Source: Klebsormidium nitens
Lineage: Eukaryota > Plantae > Klebsormidiophyceae
Assembly: GCA_000708835.1 (NCBI GenBank)
Contig: DF237062.1
Span: 124,001 to 188,000 of the forward strand
Direction of reading: 5' to 3'
Length of the DNA stretch: 64,000 nt
Below, one piece after another: positions 23,401 through 36,404 of this stretch. The notes beneath the pieces are model-generated. The model had not been told where the DNA came from and searched no databases. It saw only the letters and a list, made by a program, of their open reading frames with translations. Each line of letters begins with the position of its first letter. Position 1 is the stretch's first letter. The translations under genes and the position numbers were made by a program.

Positions 23401-26400
23401 CATAAGACAGGACCTGCAGTTCATCATACTCAATGCAGCATATAAGGAGGCAATGCAGGAAAACGAGTCATCGCCAGAGCGTTACAGGACAGAGTGAAAG
23501 TTTGCACGGCGAGAAGCTCACCAGGAATGAGGGCTATGTACAGGCTGATACCTTGGCTGGCCGTCGCGAGATGTTTCGCAGTGATCGACTTGAGGCCGGA
23601 GACCTGCAAAGACAGCCAACAGAGCCTTCAACAGGGGGAGACATCAAAAAGCTCCACGGAATTTGACCCCCCTTCCAGGCATGCCCGCCCACCTGCATGG
23701 GCCAAAGTAGAAACGAAACGCTGGCTACACGCCTTTTCGCTCTAATAACTTTCCAACACCAACAATTTCTGCAGTTCGTAAACCCTAAGTACTCTTACCC
23801 TGAGAATCAGGGATCTTACACACCGGGGATTTCCGCCCCCCTGCATGACCCAAAGTATAAACGAAACGCTGGCTGACTTCCTTCGCTCTGATAAAATTCC
23901 ATTACCCGACAACTTTTGCCAAATTACAAACGCTAAAAACTCTTATCCTTGAAGTACCCTAGTTTCTACACCTGAAAGCTCCCGCCCACCTGCATGGCCC
24001 CGGCCCCGAGCACCAGCTGGCAGCTCCGGCTGTTGAACAGCTTCAGGATCTCCGCGACCCGATGCACCACCTCCGTCGCCATCGCCGGCAGCTGCTCCGC
24101 GACGTCCAGATACTCCGTCAGAATCTTCATTAGCATCAGGGAGCTTTGCACCGCCGCAAACTCCTGCCCCCGCACCACGATCGGCTTTGTCCGAGGCCGC
24201 GGCCGCCGTTTTGCCGCTGGCGGGGGTCGCGGCGCCTCGGGAACCGCCCCCCGCCTGACGTGGACTCGGACTGGGGGGGTCGAGCGGCCTCGGAAACCGA
24301 CCCCCCGGGTTCGGACGCGGCAGTTTCGGTGACGTCCGTTTCGGACGGCGTCCGCGAGAGCGCGCCGAAGCTGCTGTGCCGGCTAAGGGATCCTTCCGGC
24401 AGGGAAGAACTAGGCGCGGGCTGCTCGTTCTCCGCGTCCCTCGCCGCCGGCTCGCCACCTGTCGCCTGCTCGTTGGCCGAGCCTTGCCCACCATCTTGAC
24501 TCTGCTCGACTTGCGATGATTCCGCTTCGCTCCCCGGCTTCGACGGCAACAGCTGTTCCGTTCCGTTTGCATACGACTCCCCGTTTACAACAGGCGGCAC
24601 CGTTTGCTCCGCCGTTGTCGCGGCCCCGTTCTCCGCGTTGCCTTCCACAGACTCTTCGTCAGCGGCTTGCCCGTTTGCAGGATCCGGCTCGGCCACGTGG
24701 GCTTCCTCCTCGTAAGTCCAGCTGTCGACGATTGCCTGGAACTCGTCCGGTGCATCGACGGCCGTCCAGTTCTCGGCGTCGAGGAGGGCCGTGATCTTTG
24801 ACATCTGCATAGAAACCAGAGTCGTCAGTAGCGGCAGCGAGGGTCCGTCCGCTTTATGAATGGATTGCAGGCGTCAGTTTACAGAAGGAGGACCTCTACA
24901 AAGTTTCTAGATCCAACAAAACGAAGTCGGCTAACAGATGTCCTACAAAGAAACTGGATTGCCGAAGGTCTTTTCAGCAAGAGTTGCAAAAGGAGACGCC
25001 GACGATCGACGTCTCAGTGGCGCTTAGTTCAAACTAATACAGCCTCAATGCCACGCTATCTCGAAGACAATTGGACAACGGCACATATCAATCAACGAAG
25101 TACCTTATGAACATCAAGGTGAGTCGGTTTGACGAGCAAGCACGCTGTTTGTTTCGAGCTGTAGGCAAAAGAAAGCTCAGAAGACGGGTCGCTTACTCGA
25201 CTGCTGTGCTGTGCGTTGACGAAGTCCCGTGCTTGAGACTGGAGGGTGCCGCGGATCGCATACCCAGGGCGTCCTCCAACCTGCTCACACCAACACCAAG
25301 AGCATGGTCAAGACTGCTTTCAAAGAGGTCACGGCCTTCCTCTCTCCGACCAATAACGCATCCACTTCAGCCCCAGTAATCTCCGCCACGTGAAGTCAAA
25401 TCGACCGCGGAATCGCCAGATGGAACGTGCTTTACTGAGATTCGTTTCGGTCTTTCGTCTTGACTTGTCTCCGCGTCTTTCTGTGGTTGACGTGCTCCTT
25501 ATCACGGAACAGGCCTCGAGTGCAGTTGACGTCTCCTGTATGATGCAAACCGCCTTCAAGGCGGGACACTACATGGTTCTGCTAAGCCCACTGCTCGACT
25601 CCTCACCTTCTCCGTTGCAACGATGAAGTTCTGCGTGGCGATGTAAATGGCCACAAACTCGTGCAGCTTGAGCTTTGGATGGACTTGCACCCGCACTCCC
25701 AGCAGCTTGGCCCACCGCCCGTGAGCAGCGTCGCACGCGGCGAAGATAGACTCCGAACTCTCCCGAAGCACCTCCATTCTGGACGACGAGGAAGTGGCAA
25801 AGAGAGTAAATCTCCTGAAGCAACGGCGAACTCCTAAGATGTTGCGAAACTGATTGCCTTTTGACGATGTTCGTCTCCAATACTGAACAACGATCACTGT
25901 GTGAGCGAAGTACTGGCCAAAGCAAGGGGCGGGCGCTTCTAAACAAAACTGGGAAGCTCTGAGCTCGCCCAGCTCGCCCAGCCTGCTTAAATTTGCGAGG
26001 AGACCCAGCTTCACGCAACTTTCGCGGGCGTGGAAGGGGGACTATGATGTACTTAGTAGGGGCTTCATAGATTACGTGCTTACTTGAATTGCTTGGAGCC
26101 CGCATCGGCCGCATCGCTTCCTCGCTCCCCCTTCTTGGCAGAGCCGTTGGAGGAGCTGGCCAAGGCCGGGGCGTCGTCCAGACCGGTCATGACTTGCTCA
26201 ATGACGGTCTTCACTTCGATTGCGCGTATCAACCGGACCTGCAAAAGGAAAGTAGAAGGACGGAACGGTTCACTTTCATAGCGCGTTCAATCGGACCTGG
26301 AAAAAGAAAGTAGAAGGAGGGGATGGTTCGCCTCATAGCGTGTATCGAGTTGGACGTGGAAAGGGAAACGTCGATTAAAAGAATGGCTCGTTCGAATGGA

Positions 26401-29400
26401 CGTGAGAAAGGAAGCAGTCGTGTGAACGTTACTTGACCTCAAGGCCTTGGGGAAACGGACACGAAAAAGCAAGTCAAAAGACTAAGAACAAAAAGCTCGA
26501 GGCCCAAGGCTTATGCTGATTCGATAGCCCAGGTCGGAAACCTCTGTGTATGCAAGAGGAAAGCAGTGCATCGATGATGAGTGCAAGCGGGATGCACACG
26601 AAAGCTTTACATAATGGTTCCCGATAAGCAGAGATAGTCGAACCACGCACCTCGACGATTTCGAAGACAGCCGACAGAAGCTTCACGAAGTTCTCGGCCG
26701 TCAGCGCTCTCAAGCGCGCCGCGAGCGTCAGCCCTTTTTCTGCACGTGGAAAGTTACGCGGCTCAACGAAAGATGTTGTGTCTGATCGGAGTAACTCGGT
26801 CTAGATTTTCCATAAAAGCTGCTCGCAGACCTAGGGGCTAAGTGGGGCCATGAATCCAACAAATTCGATGCTCCTGCAGGGGGAAAATCGAAATACAACC
26901 CCGCCTTCTGGCTGTCGTTGATTGGGTGTGATCAAAATCCTCGCCAAGGGGAGAACCACATGCTGAAGGATGTGGTCAGCAGAGTGGACGTTAGGAAATT
27001 TGAAGTTGTGGCCTGGGTTCTTCAGCATTCTGCTGACAACCTTCTGCTTCCTACACAAACCCCGTAGAGGAACACCTCTAACACATGGTTTTCGTTCACT
27101 GTCTCCATTCTCCGTCTGCATCCTGGAACTCGCACGTGGATTGACGGTGCAAGGTTGACTGGCCTCAACCCTTGGTATCCTACTGAGTCGTATACAGAGG
27201 CCGGAAGAAGAGGACATTTAGCGTCGGCCAGCAGTCTCACCGTCCCCATCCTCGTGCACGATCTCGCCGTTCCCCGGGCGCGCCCACATGATCGGCAGAA
27301 CCTCAGCGACGACCACTTTGATGGACGCCTTGATGTCCGTCACCAGGACCTCGCGGTAGTCCCGCAATACAGGGGGGAGCCGCGCCTGGCGGAGAAAACA
27401 AACATTCGTGAGAACCTTTTACCACTTTCGAGAACTGGTGTCTCGAGATAAAGCAGGTGCAATCGGATTTACAGATGGCATTTCATCTGGATAAAGTGAT
27501 CCACGATGAGCAAAACAACTTGTTGGCGAAGCAGATGCCGCTGTAAGGAGCGATGCAAGCTACAAATGAAAATGCACATCGGTGTTGGCAGCGCAACTGG
27601 GGGAGAACTGCGGTTGATGTGACTAGGCGCAAGCCGGATGCTCGGATGCTCGGTCAAAGATCCATTTTTCAAACAAAGTCTGTAGGTTTGTAAGTGAGGG
27701 CAGTAAGTACCAAGTACAGAAGGGCGCGCGTCCCCTTACCGTTCGGATGAGGCCAACTAGAAGCGGAAGCAGGGAGTCGCGGATCGACGCAATGTCCTCT
27801 GTGACTTGTTCCTCCGTGACCTGTATTACAGGTAGATATTGGAACGTTATAATGTCACAAGTATCATCCTCTTCATGACCAACACAATCTACCTCTTGTG
27901 GCGTAAGAGAGGGGCCACGGCCACGAATGTTAACCCCAAAACCGTTTCGATTGCTAGTTTCGTTCAATTACCACCTCTCACAGTGAAGACAACATTGCCG
28001 AAAATACCACTTCGAAACACGATTCGAAGATTGCTTCAGTAAGAAGAAGCGCCACCCGGGGTCAAGTCACAAGCAACCTCAACAAACAGATTGGTCAAGC
28101 TGTGATGACCAGTACCTGAAATTGCATTGAAATACCACAGTTGCAGGCTTACCGCAGGCCTGCTTTCGCCTAGTTTTTCCCGGTTCTGGAAGCTCTCCAG
28201 AATCGCAGCGGGATCAAGATCTCCTGTCGCATGCACAGCGGCTCGTACAAAGTCCGCAGCCATTACGCTGTAAGCACACAAGCCTCATCATTAGACTACT
28301 GCTGTGAAATGTTGCAAACAACAAAGAAACTGTGAGAAGTATCGAGATCTTTTTCCACGCTGAAAATCTACAAGTTCTAAACAGGCATACACCGCGTCTT
28401 CAATCTCTTGCCCGTGCTTCTGATTATTCGTCCAGCTGGAGGTGCATTGAACAATCCAGAACAAGCTCTGATACTGTGATCGTACTCAGAAAAGCTGAAG
28501 TGAAACCCCTGTTTTCCGAACTCAAACAAAGGGGCAGCGGAGACAAGCACGCTGGCACACCATTGCAAAACTTACGTGTTTACGGATTCGACCGATGTGT
28601 CCAGCTCTTCCCCCAGTCGTCGGAAGCAGTGCAAACCGACCAACTCATCGCCTTCCTGCAACACACATTTGAGGTTCACTAAAGTTAGCTCAACAACTGC
28701 AGACGCTTAAATGTCTGCAACTGCTTTCAGCCTCTGGGGTGTCAAATAGCGCCTGAAGACGCGCAAATGAAGCTGGTGACAAATCTTCTTGAACCATCTA
28801 AAACAAGTCCACTGGCGGGTTTGAAGTGATCTGCCAGCTTCTCCGTGCTGAGAGGGGAGTCCTCATGTTACATGTCTTGCAGTGTCTGATGGAAATATAA
28901 CCAATATATTGGTCACTTCAATTCGTTTTAGATGGCAAAGCGCCAATTCACAACAGAACATGCTTGACAGGTGCTGACCAATGCAGTTTGCACCAATTTG
29001 CAAATGGTTGACTCCAAAAGTTTGGAAAGGGCACAGCGAAAGGGAAACCACAGCAGAAAACCAAACACAATATCTCACCAGCATTCTCCTCATGTCATCA
29101 ATCACGTCGAGTGCAGTGGAGCAGTCCCCTGATGCCACCAACTGCAGAGTACAAAACACATCATCGACCACGTTGAGGAGCAACGCGCTAGCTATATGTT
29201 ATATCTATCTTCAGAACAGCCTCCAAGGCGGCCAGAATTGTATCTTATTCCCAACAGCATTCTACTTGGCGCCTACTAATTGTAGAGCAATGATGCACCG
29301 TCGAAAGGGTGACTCACCAGCCGCAGAGTCGCCTGAGACTGATGCACGTGGTCTACGAGCTTCAGCTTCTGGTGCAGCTTCAACAGGTTATCCTTTCTCA

Positions 29401-30184
29401 GCCCCAGCTTCTGCACCTGCCTCGCAGACTCAATCAGCCCCGTATCCATCTCCTGCATTGATGACTTCAGCACAGACACCCTCTCATTCGCTGCGATGAT
29501 CTTGCCGTACAGCTCCTCGAGTGCCCCTAGCGCCTCGTAAAAGGAATCTGACCGGGCCGAGATCTCTTTCACAAGGTGGACCTCTACGAGGTCTAGATAA
29601 TGTGAGAGTTTCTCCTGGAGCATCATGTTTGCAGGGACGGAGGAGTAGGGGCAGGCGGCTTGAAACGTGGCGGCCCTTTCCAATGCAAAGTCCTCGTCAA
29701 AGTACAGCGACGGAATCTCTCGCATACACGCCAGGAGGCCCTCCCCTTGAACTTGCCCCGCCTTCTTTGTATCCTGCTCATTTCCCGCCACTCCAGAGCC
29801 CAAGGCACTCGCCTTGTTACTCTGCTCCCGGCTGTCATGCTCTTGAATGTCCACAAAGCGGCTGTACTTGTCACCAATGCCCCTCAAATAGGCGTCAAAA
29901 TCAGCTCTAGAAACTTCAGGAAGTGTGCCTGGAGCCAGCGGCGGGACGACCTCTTGCCCCGGGTCCGCACTTGATGTGAATAACCACCCCCCCCATGACT
30001 GATCGGTCCCTTGACTTGCACCACTTCTGTTGTTTGGATTGTTGAGAACAGATGCGAGACTTTGCCCTGCTGCACGGGCGTCAAATTCTGCATTTCCAAA
30101 TCCACTGCCGCTCTCACGCCTCGTCCCCGAGCTGAAACTTTCATTTCTCGCGAGGCTCGGGGCCCTTCTGAAAGACGTCCCCAT
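20485..30184 (-). CDS. VPS54: GARP complex subunit VPS54, 17 exons, with an apparent 1-nt frameshift in exon 11
   Basis: Minus-strand exons 30184-29318, 29141-29079, 28655-28576, 28267-28153, 27820-27740, 27385-27241, 26739-26651, 26238-26084, 25778-25607, 25280-25197, 24804-23990, 23603-23522, 23038-22893, 22025-21930, 21230-21163, 20858-20778, 20614-20485. Plant-VPS54-like peptides include LQEKLSHYLDLVEVHLVKEISARSDSF, AACDAAHGRWAKLLGVR, GGRPGYAIRGTLQSQA, FNSRSCQLVLGAGAMQVSGLKSITAKHLA and YRVHRDEIHSKLVAIMRERL. Confidence 0.95.
22735..23215 (-). repeat. Echo copies flanking VPS54 exon 23038-22893
   Basis: Acceptor-side copy at ~23130-23210 translates IRRLLSTHIPDARKALLLS, has its acceptor CAG changed to CAA, and is offset 153 bp. 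Donor-side copy at ~22735-22767 has GT changed to AT, also offset 153 bp. Confidence 0.8.
23680..23990 (-). repeat. ~149-bp tandem units containing the donor junction of VPS54 exon 11
   Basis: + strand cccgcccacctgcatgg at the real donor (23981-23997) recurs at ~23684-23700 with GT intact and at ~23833-23849 with the donor mutated. The two units also share caaagtaNaaacgaaacgctggct. Confidence 0.8.
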
Positions 30185-30612
30185 GTGCAGTGGCATTGAG
30201 CGACCAGCACGACCGCCCTTCGGTCTGTCGATTCAGGATTCAAAGAGATCTCCAGACACCTCTTGCATCACTGTCAGCATGCCAAATGTTGCTTGTGCAG
30301 GAGGCCTGCGAAGCCTGAAGAGAAGCAGCACGATGCGAAGTCACACCAGAGCGCCAATTAATCGGGTCCATCTAAACATTTTCATGTCTCTAACTGGCAG
30401 CAACTCAGACGCTGCCACGTAGACAAGTCTATGAAATCATTCGTCTGCGGCTCCGCTAGAAGTTGAACTTGAACTTGGTTGAAGGTGGTGCCACTGCACT
30501 GGCAGCACCATGCAATGCCATGGCACATGTGGAACTTTATGCACACAACGAAGTCATGCGGATTCCTTCATGAGGAGTGCTTTGAATTCATTTCTGAAGA
30601 CGACTTCCAGCG
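30185..30612. promoter_or_regulatory. Short head-to-head interval between VPS54 and Iojap (probable bidirectional promoter)
   Basis: The inferred ATGs at 30184 (-) and 30613 (+) are only 428 bp apart. No specific cis-element was identified. Confidence 0.4.
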
Positions 30613-33443
30613 ATGGCGTTGAATGCAAGGCATCATGCTGGGCTCCGGGTGCTCGGAGGAATGCAATGGTGGCAGCCACTGGCAGAACTTTTGAACGACA
30701 CTCTTGGCATCGCTCCAGAAGTGCTGAGAAAAGCGCCACCGCTAGTCGCGGTGCCCTCCCTGCCTTATAATCATCAGGAAGTGAATGGTGTAGCGTGTAG
30801 AAAGGTGGTTGACTGTCTGCTCTCGGGAAAGAGTGACTTCAACATTTTCAGACCAGGTGGTTTGGCGTCAGGCGCACTTCGCAGGGAACTCAACGTTGCA
30901 GCTGCCAGTTTGGCTATCAGACAATTGAGCACATCAGCTGGTGGTGCGCAACCAGCAGAACCTAGCACAGAGGCTAACAGAACGGTCTTTCATCAAAACG
31001 ATGTCACCACGTCAGATGTCGAGACTTTGCTGGCAGAGACAAGTGCCAGCGGAGTCCAGCAACCAGAACATACGGGCGGCAGCCAAAGCTTGCATAACAC
31101 CACTTCATCGTTCGCAGAAGTAGCATCAAGTAGTCATACTGATGATGGAGAGACTCCAAGGGACAACGAAGATGAAGTTGGGAGCGTCTCCGCAGATGAA
31201 CGGGCAACTAGTGCTTTGGATGAGGGAAAGGAAGAGGAGGAGAAGTCGGAACGCAAGTTAGCGGAGGTGGTAAGCCCAATTCTCAAGGTTAGTTGTGTAA
31301 AACAAACATCTGTAGGGACTATATGTGATTCTGATCGTCCTTCTTTGGCAACCTGCGATTGCTTTTCAATGTATCACAAAAGCATCAAGGACGCTGGCCG
31401 TACGGATAGCGCTACTGGCTCATATCGAAGAATGACAAGGGCTTATGCTCCACTTTTCATGCTCAGTATATCATGATGAGCACAAAGAAAAGTGTTGGAA
31501 ATCTTTGATCGTTTAAACATTTCGGGTTATACATGTTATCTGAGGTGGCTTCTCTACTTCAAGCTGGGGGAGGACAAGAAGGATGGCCTAACTTCCAAGA
31601 GCTCAGTTCTCTGCTCTTTCTTTGCGTCCCAGGTTCCAATCATCTCATCGAGGCTCGTTGTTTGGTTTGAGTACTTTTCTTTTTCTTGTAGGCTAATGAA
31701 CAGGGAGGCCTTCTACCTGCTGGAAAACGACAGGAGAAAGATCCGGATCCAGAGCGAGAATATTATCATGTGTTGGAGCTTGAAGAGACCATGAAGATAC
31801 TTGAATCGGTAAGGACCATATCCTCAGAGTAGAATCACTCATGCTTTGCTGAAAAGGAAGCCAGTCAATTGAGGAAGCCTCCATCAGTCAATGTTTTCCA
31901 GCTCCACAAAGAAAAGCTCTAGGATAAACCTTTCCATCTCTTCCATTCTTCTAACTCCAAGCTAGTCAACAGGTGTCAACTAAGGGTGCATTTCTCAATC
32001 TAAGTCTTCAGAAGAATGCTTTGCGCGCCTTCATGACTTTTTGCAGGCCGAATTAGTTATCAATCTTGGAACGTCTTCTTGACCGTCAGATTCTTGCCGC
32101 CAAAATTGCAAGGAGGGCCACGACCTGTCCTCTCATAACCATTCTGAAGTATCCTGCTTTTCTTGACACCTCAGTTAAGAGGTCAGGATATCGAGGTTAT
32201 GCACGTGAGGGAGAAGTGCAACTTCACGGACTACATGGTGGTTGTCACCGGACGGTCCGAACGGCACATACGGGGCATGGCGGAAGCAGTCGTCCGAGAG
32301 GTGAGCGCTAGTGCAACGTACTAGAAAGGTCAGTGAGAAGCCTCAAAAGCTCAATAGATTGGGGCGCAAGAGGATTCTTTGATGCTTGTCAGGGGGCTGG
32401 CGAACCTGTTGCGAAAGCGCCAAGCCGTTTGATTTGAGCGTCTGAGTTACGAGTCGTTTTCATTTGTTTGTTGAGAGCGTGGTTCGACAAGTTCATTTTT
32501 TATGCAGAGACTTCTATCTGTTGTCTTGCAAGTCTCGTGGGCTTGACCTGTAGGTCTGCAACGCACCGATCCAGAACAAAGACCAGCGAGCAGGAGAACC
32601 ACGAAATGGTCCAACTGCAGATTCTCATGAGCAGCTTTTGCCCTCTCTCTGCCTCTTTCGGTTCGATCCTGATTCGGCTACTTGGAGAAGGTTCTGAACA
32701 CCTTCAGAACCGCGAAGTTTTGTCTTATGACACAGTGGAGTGGAGACACATCGGTTTTAATCAGTTGCCGACAAGTGACCGTGCTTTTTGTCGCCAGCTT
32801 CCTGAAAGGTCATTCCAGTAGGCGAGCCCTGCAGATTTATTGCCAGCACAGTTGCACCTCATGGTTTGAAGTTTCTTGTGGGAGTTTTCGTTTTGTTTCC
32901 AAATTAGCGAGAACAAATGCAAAGAGTGCAAGACTCGCTTTCGAGAAACCTTCCTTGCCTCTGCGCCAGAACAGCCGTCGCTCAATGGACCCTGTCTGAC
33001 CACAAGTATCGTATGATGTGCAGTTAAGTCGAAAATGCCAAGAGGTCATGGACGGCTTGACTCCGGCTGTGGAGGGAGAGCCCGGACAAAATTGGCTACT
33101 GGTTGATGCAGGTAAGCGTTGGTTTTGTTGAAGGGTTTATTCAGACGTAGCACACAAGGTCGTCTGAGTGCTTCCTGTGTGATACTCGCCGGTTCTAACG
33201 ATTCGTGCCTCCTCTTGCAGTCTAGCGTCATCTAGATCTGGTGTAACCTGGGTGCCTGTGTTAACGTGAAGTACTGCACGAGCGACTCGCTGCTAATGCC
33301 ATCATCTCTGTATTTGCGCAGGGAATATCATTGTACATTTTTTCACCGAGGATGAGCGGCAATACTACAGATTGGAGGAGCTTTGGGGTGGGAAAACACC
33401 GAAGAAGAAACAATACGGTCCGTATGGCGAAGTGCTTGAATAA
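30613..33443 (+). CDS. rsfS: Iojap/RsfS ribosome silencing factor family protein (mitochondrial-type), ~369 aa
   Basis: Exons 30613-31269, 31692-31808, 32175-32300, 33024-33111, 33322-33443, in phase. RsfS domain: LELEETMKILESLRGQDIEVMHVREKCNFTDYMVVVTGRSERHIRGMAEAV...VEGEPGQNWLLVDAGNIIVHFFTEDERQYYRLEELW. The start codon is uncertain. Confidence 0.88.
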
Positions 33444-35062
33444 AGAGCAGACACACAGGTTGGCATTTGTGCATGCTCGAGCCAATTCGTATGACTGTGA
33501 CGTTCTTAAAAGACAAGAATCACAAGGTCTATCATTCATTGGTCAGTATGCAGTAGCTGAGGACATTCTTCCATTCAGTCCGCGGCGTGAACGATGACGT
33601 GTGCCCTTTCCTTGGCCGATCACTTTGCAAATTTCAAGACGCGAAGTATCGCAAGTTGGGAGCGCTTCATGTGCTTTCCACTCCGATTGAAACCTATATC
33701 AAATTCATGCAAAAAGTTAGATGAATTATTGCGCAGATGAAGCATTGCGCATGCAAGGAATTGCCTCCCTTATTGACGATACATGTTCCTAAAAGAACAA
33801 AAGGATCGACAATTCATATTCGATTTCCTATTTGCTGAATCCCTAGCTCACCGGGCGACCGTTGACCATCGTCGTGGATTGAAATCGAAACTCGAGCGCA
33901 TTCCTCGCATTAAGAGCGAGAATGCTACGTACTGCCCTCCAACAAACCTGGTTACGCAAACCTTATACAAGGGGAGAGCAAATTCGTACCTATGTTACCA
34001 TATACCATGTGCACTATTCCGGCCGTCAAAAAACCCTTGCGCCGTACACTTCATAGCTCTTTGGAGATCTCTTCACTGAAGTGGAGATTGGTACTAACTG
34101 ACACAATACACATGTACATACACACGTCATGTGACAAATGGCAGACACTCGGGTGCAGATTGTGATGCATAAACAATTCAATCGGAGTGCAAGGGGTTTC
34201 ACGCTCCGAGCAAAGTCAAATGCGAGAGTCTCGATAGTTGTAAGTGATCTACCAGCGCTTCCTGAAGGGGAAGAACCCGGAGTAGGCTCGATAGAGGCTA
34301 CTAGATTAGTTCAGACCATATCCTCTAGAGTGATGCACCGTAGAAACCACCCCGCCGTAGTCATTTGCATAGCTTGTAGATCATACACATACATTAAATC
34401 CCGTATGCATGAGATCGTATAGGTGGATCGTAGATTTGAGAGTGATTTGCATGCCATCTAGCTAGTAAGACATTGGACATGACTTGCAGCCGTAGCAAGC
34501 TGCAGAGTTAACTCATTGTACCGTCCCGGTCTCACCGGCAGACTTTGCCCGATGGCTCTATGTGGCTCAGGGCGTTAATAAACCGTAATTTACCATCTAA
34601 CTAGATTAGAGTGAAAGTGCCGCGCTCTCTTGCACGCTCCAAGCAAAGGCATATGCTAGGGCTGTCACACGGGACGAGATTGCCAGAATTCGCTGAACGA
34701 CTATGCGGGTGCATGAACCATTCTAAGTCACGGATCGTCAATGATAATATATGAAAGTGTGCATTGTAGCCGGCGGGGACTGTAGCAATGTAGACCATGG
34801 AGGTTGGAGTATACATGACTGAACGCGAATGAGAAACTCATTACACCACTTCCTGGATACACACCTTCCTTGCACAAAGGCGTCAACGATTTTGTTCTTC
34901 CTGCATGGCCAAATCTGGAAGTACAACCTTGATATCTGCGTACTTGCGACAATCTCAACCGTGACCTTGGTTGCATCCCACAGCCTTCCCAAAGGTTTGT
35001 TAGTTTCTCATTGTCAGAACTCCTTGTCTGACTTGGTCATGGTCAGCTTACTTGATTTGGGG

Positions 35063-36404
35063 CTACCACTTTGCAACAAATCTCTGTCCTGTCGTGTAAG
35101 GATGTGTTAGCATCGGGCAATGGTGTCTGAACTCCTCGACAAGGGGATTAGCAAGGACTTGTAAAGTGCTGAAATTGTAAGAATGGTCACGTGGATACTT
35201 GATCTCCACGTTCTCCAGTTTTGGACACATAGATGGAAGCGTCCGAAGGGTGTCAGCATGCGGGAGGGCCCCGTCAATGGAGAACTGAGTCAAAGAAGAG
35301 AACTTTGCACCATTAGTGGCAGCCCAATATGTGTGATCAATTTGCTGCCCATGTGCGACAATGGTGACCTTGGTTGAAGGGACGTCACTATCACGGATGG
35401 CCAAACTTCTCAACTTGGGGCAGCCCTTGGCAAGCGGTGCTAAGTCGTTCAATCGGAAAGCTAAAGGCACCAGCTCATTTCCACCCAACAACAGGAACTC
35501 TAGTTCTGGCATGTGCAGACCCATGAGAGCCAAAATTTGAGGTACAATTGGAGATAGATCAGAGCTCTCAAGAAAGGGCTCCCCCCGGCTGTCTCGTTGC
35601 ATGCCCTCCATGATAAACTTGTTGCTGTCATCGACTCCGTTCCAAACCCCCAGACTGAAAGAGATGATGCTTTTCCCTGCCCTTTCAATAAAACTTTGCA
35701 GCACTTGCTCCGGGATGAAGACATTGGTGAAATTCACCGTTCTCAGTTGCAAAACCGAGTTTCTTTGGAGGTCCAGGCATCGTAGTTTGCAGATCCCCGT
35801 GATGCTCAGACTTTCCAGCTTTGGACACGCTAGATAGATGGAATCTAACTTCTGTGCCCCCTCAATCCGAAACTTGATGAGCTTTGGCAGATGGAGACTT
35901 AGTTTGACGAGTCCTTTTCCTTCTTCAGAATAGAGGGATGGTTCGATGAACGTTATTGTCAGGTCCTCCAAGTTAGGGCAGTTGTGATGCACCAGGTCCA
36001 CCACCCGCTCATCAAACCACTCCGCAGACTCAATCTCGTTCATGATACCAACAACTTCCCAATCCTCCTCAATGTGGAGTTTGAGCTTCCGAATCCACTC
36101 AGTTCGTTTGATATGCATCCCACCGCGGAAGAAAGATAGATTGGTCTCCTGGCGGACAAGAAGCCGAACTCCCTCCCAAAGGATCTCATCATCGGCCAAA
36201 GTGCGAAAGCTTTTGCACACCTGCGCTAGCATGGCCAGGGGTCTTTTGTCCGTATCCAGCTCAGGGAAGCTGTAGGGGAACATGTCGGGATGACGCCCAT
36301 GTTGCTTCTCATAGGCTTCATAGGATTTCTGATCCAGAACCTTTTGGAAGCGAAAGGATCAGGTTGTCGGGCAACGTCTCAAAAGGGGAAATGCCTAGTG
36401 CCAT
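35063..36404 (-). pseudogene. Intronless F-box/LRR protein with a frameshift inside the F-box (pseudogene or assembly error)
   Basis: ATG at 36404 gives MALGISPFETLPDNLILS. After a shift at ~36350 the frame reads FQKVLDQ...LAMLAQVCKSFRTLADDEILW, followed by LRR-like repeats (CPNLEDLTI, LPKLIKFRI, CPKLESLSI, MPELEFLLL, CPKLRSLAI, CPKLENVEI). The span is 1342 nt (3n+1). Confidence 0.7.

Noticed and set aside
34738-34992. Protein-like ORF just downstream of the F-box/LRR stop
   Set aside because: No splice path or motif links it to the gene.
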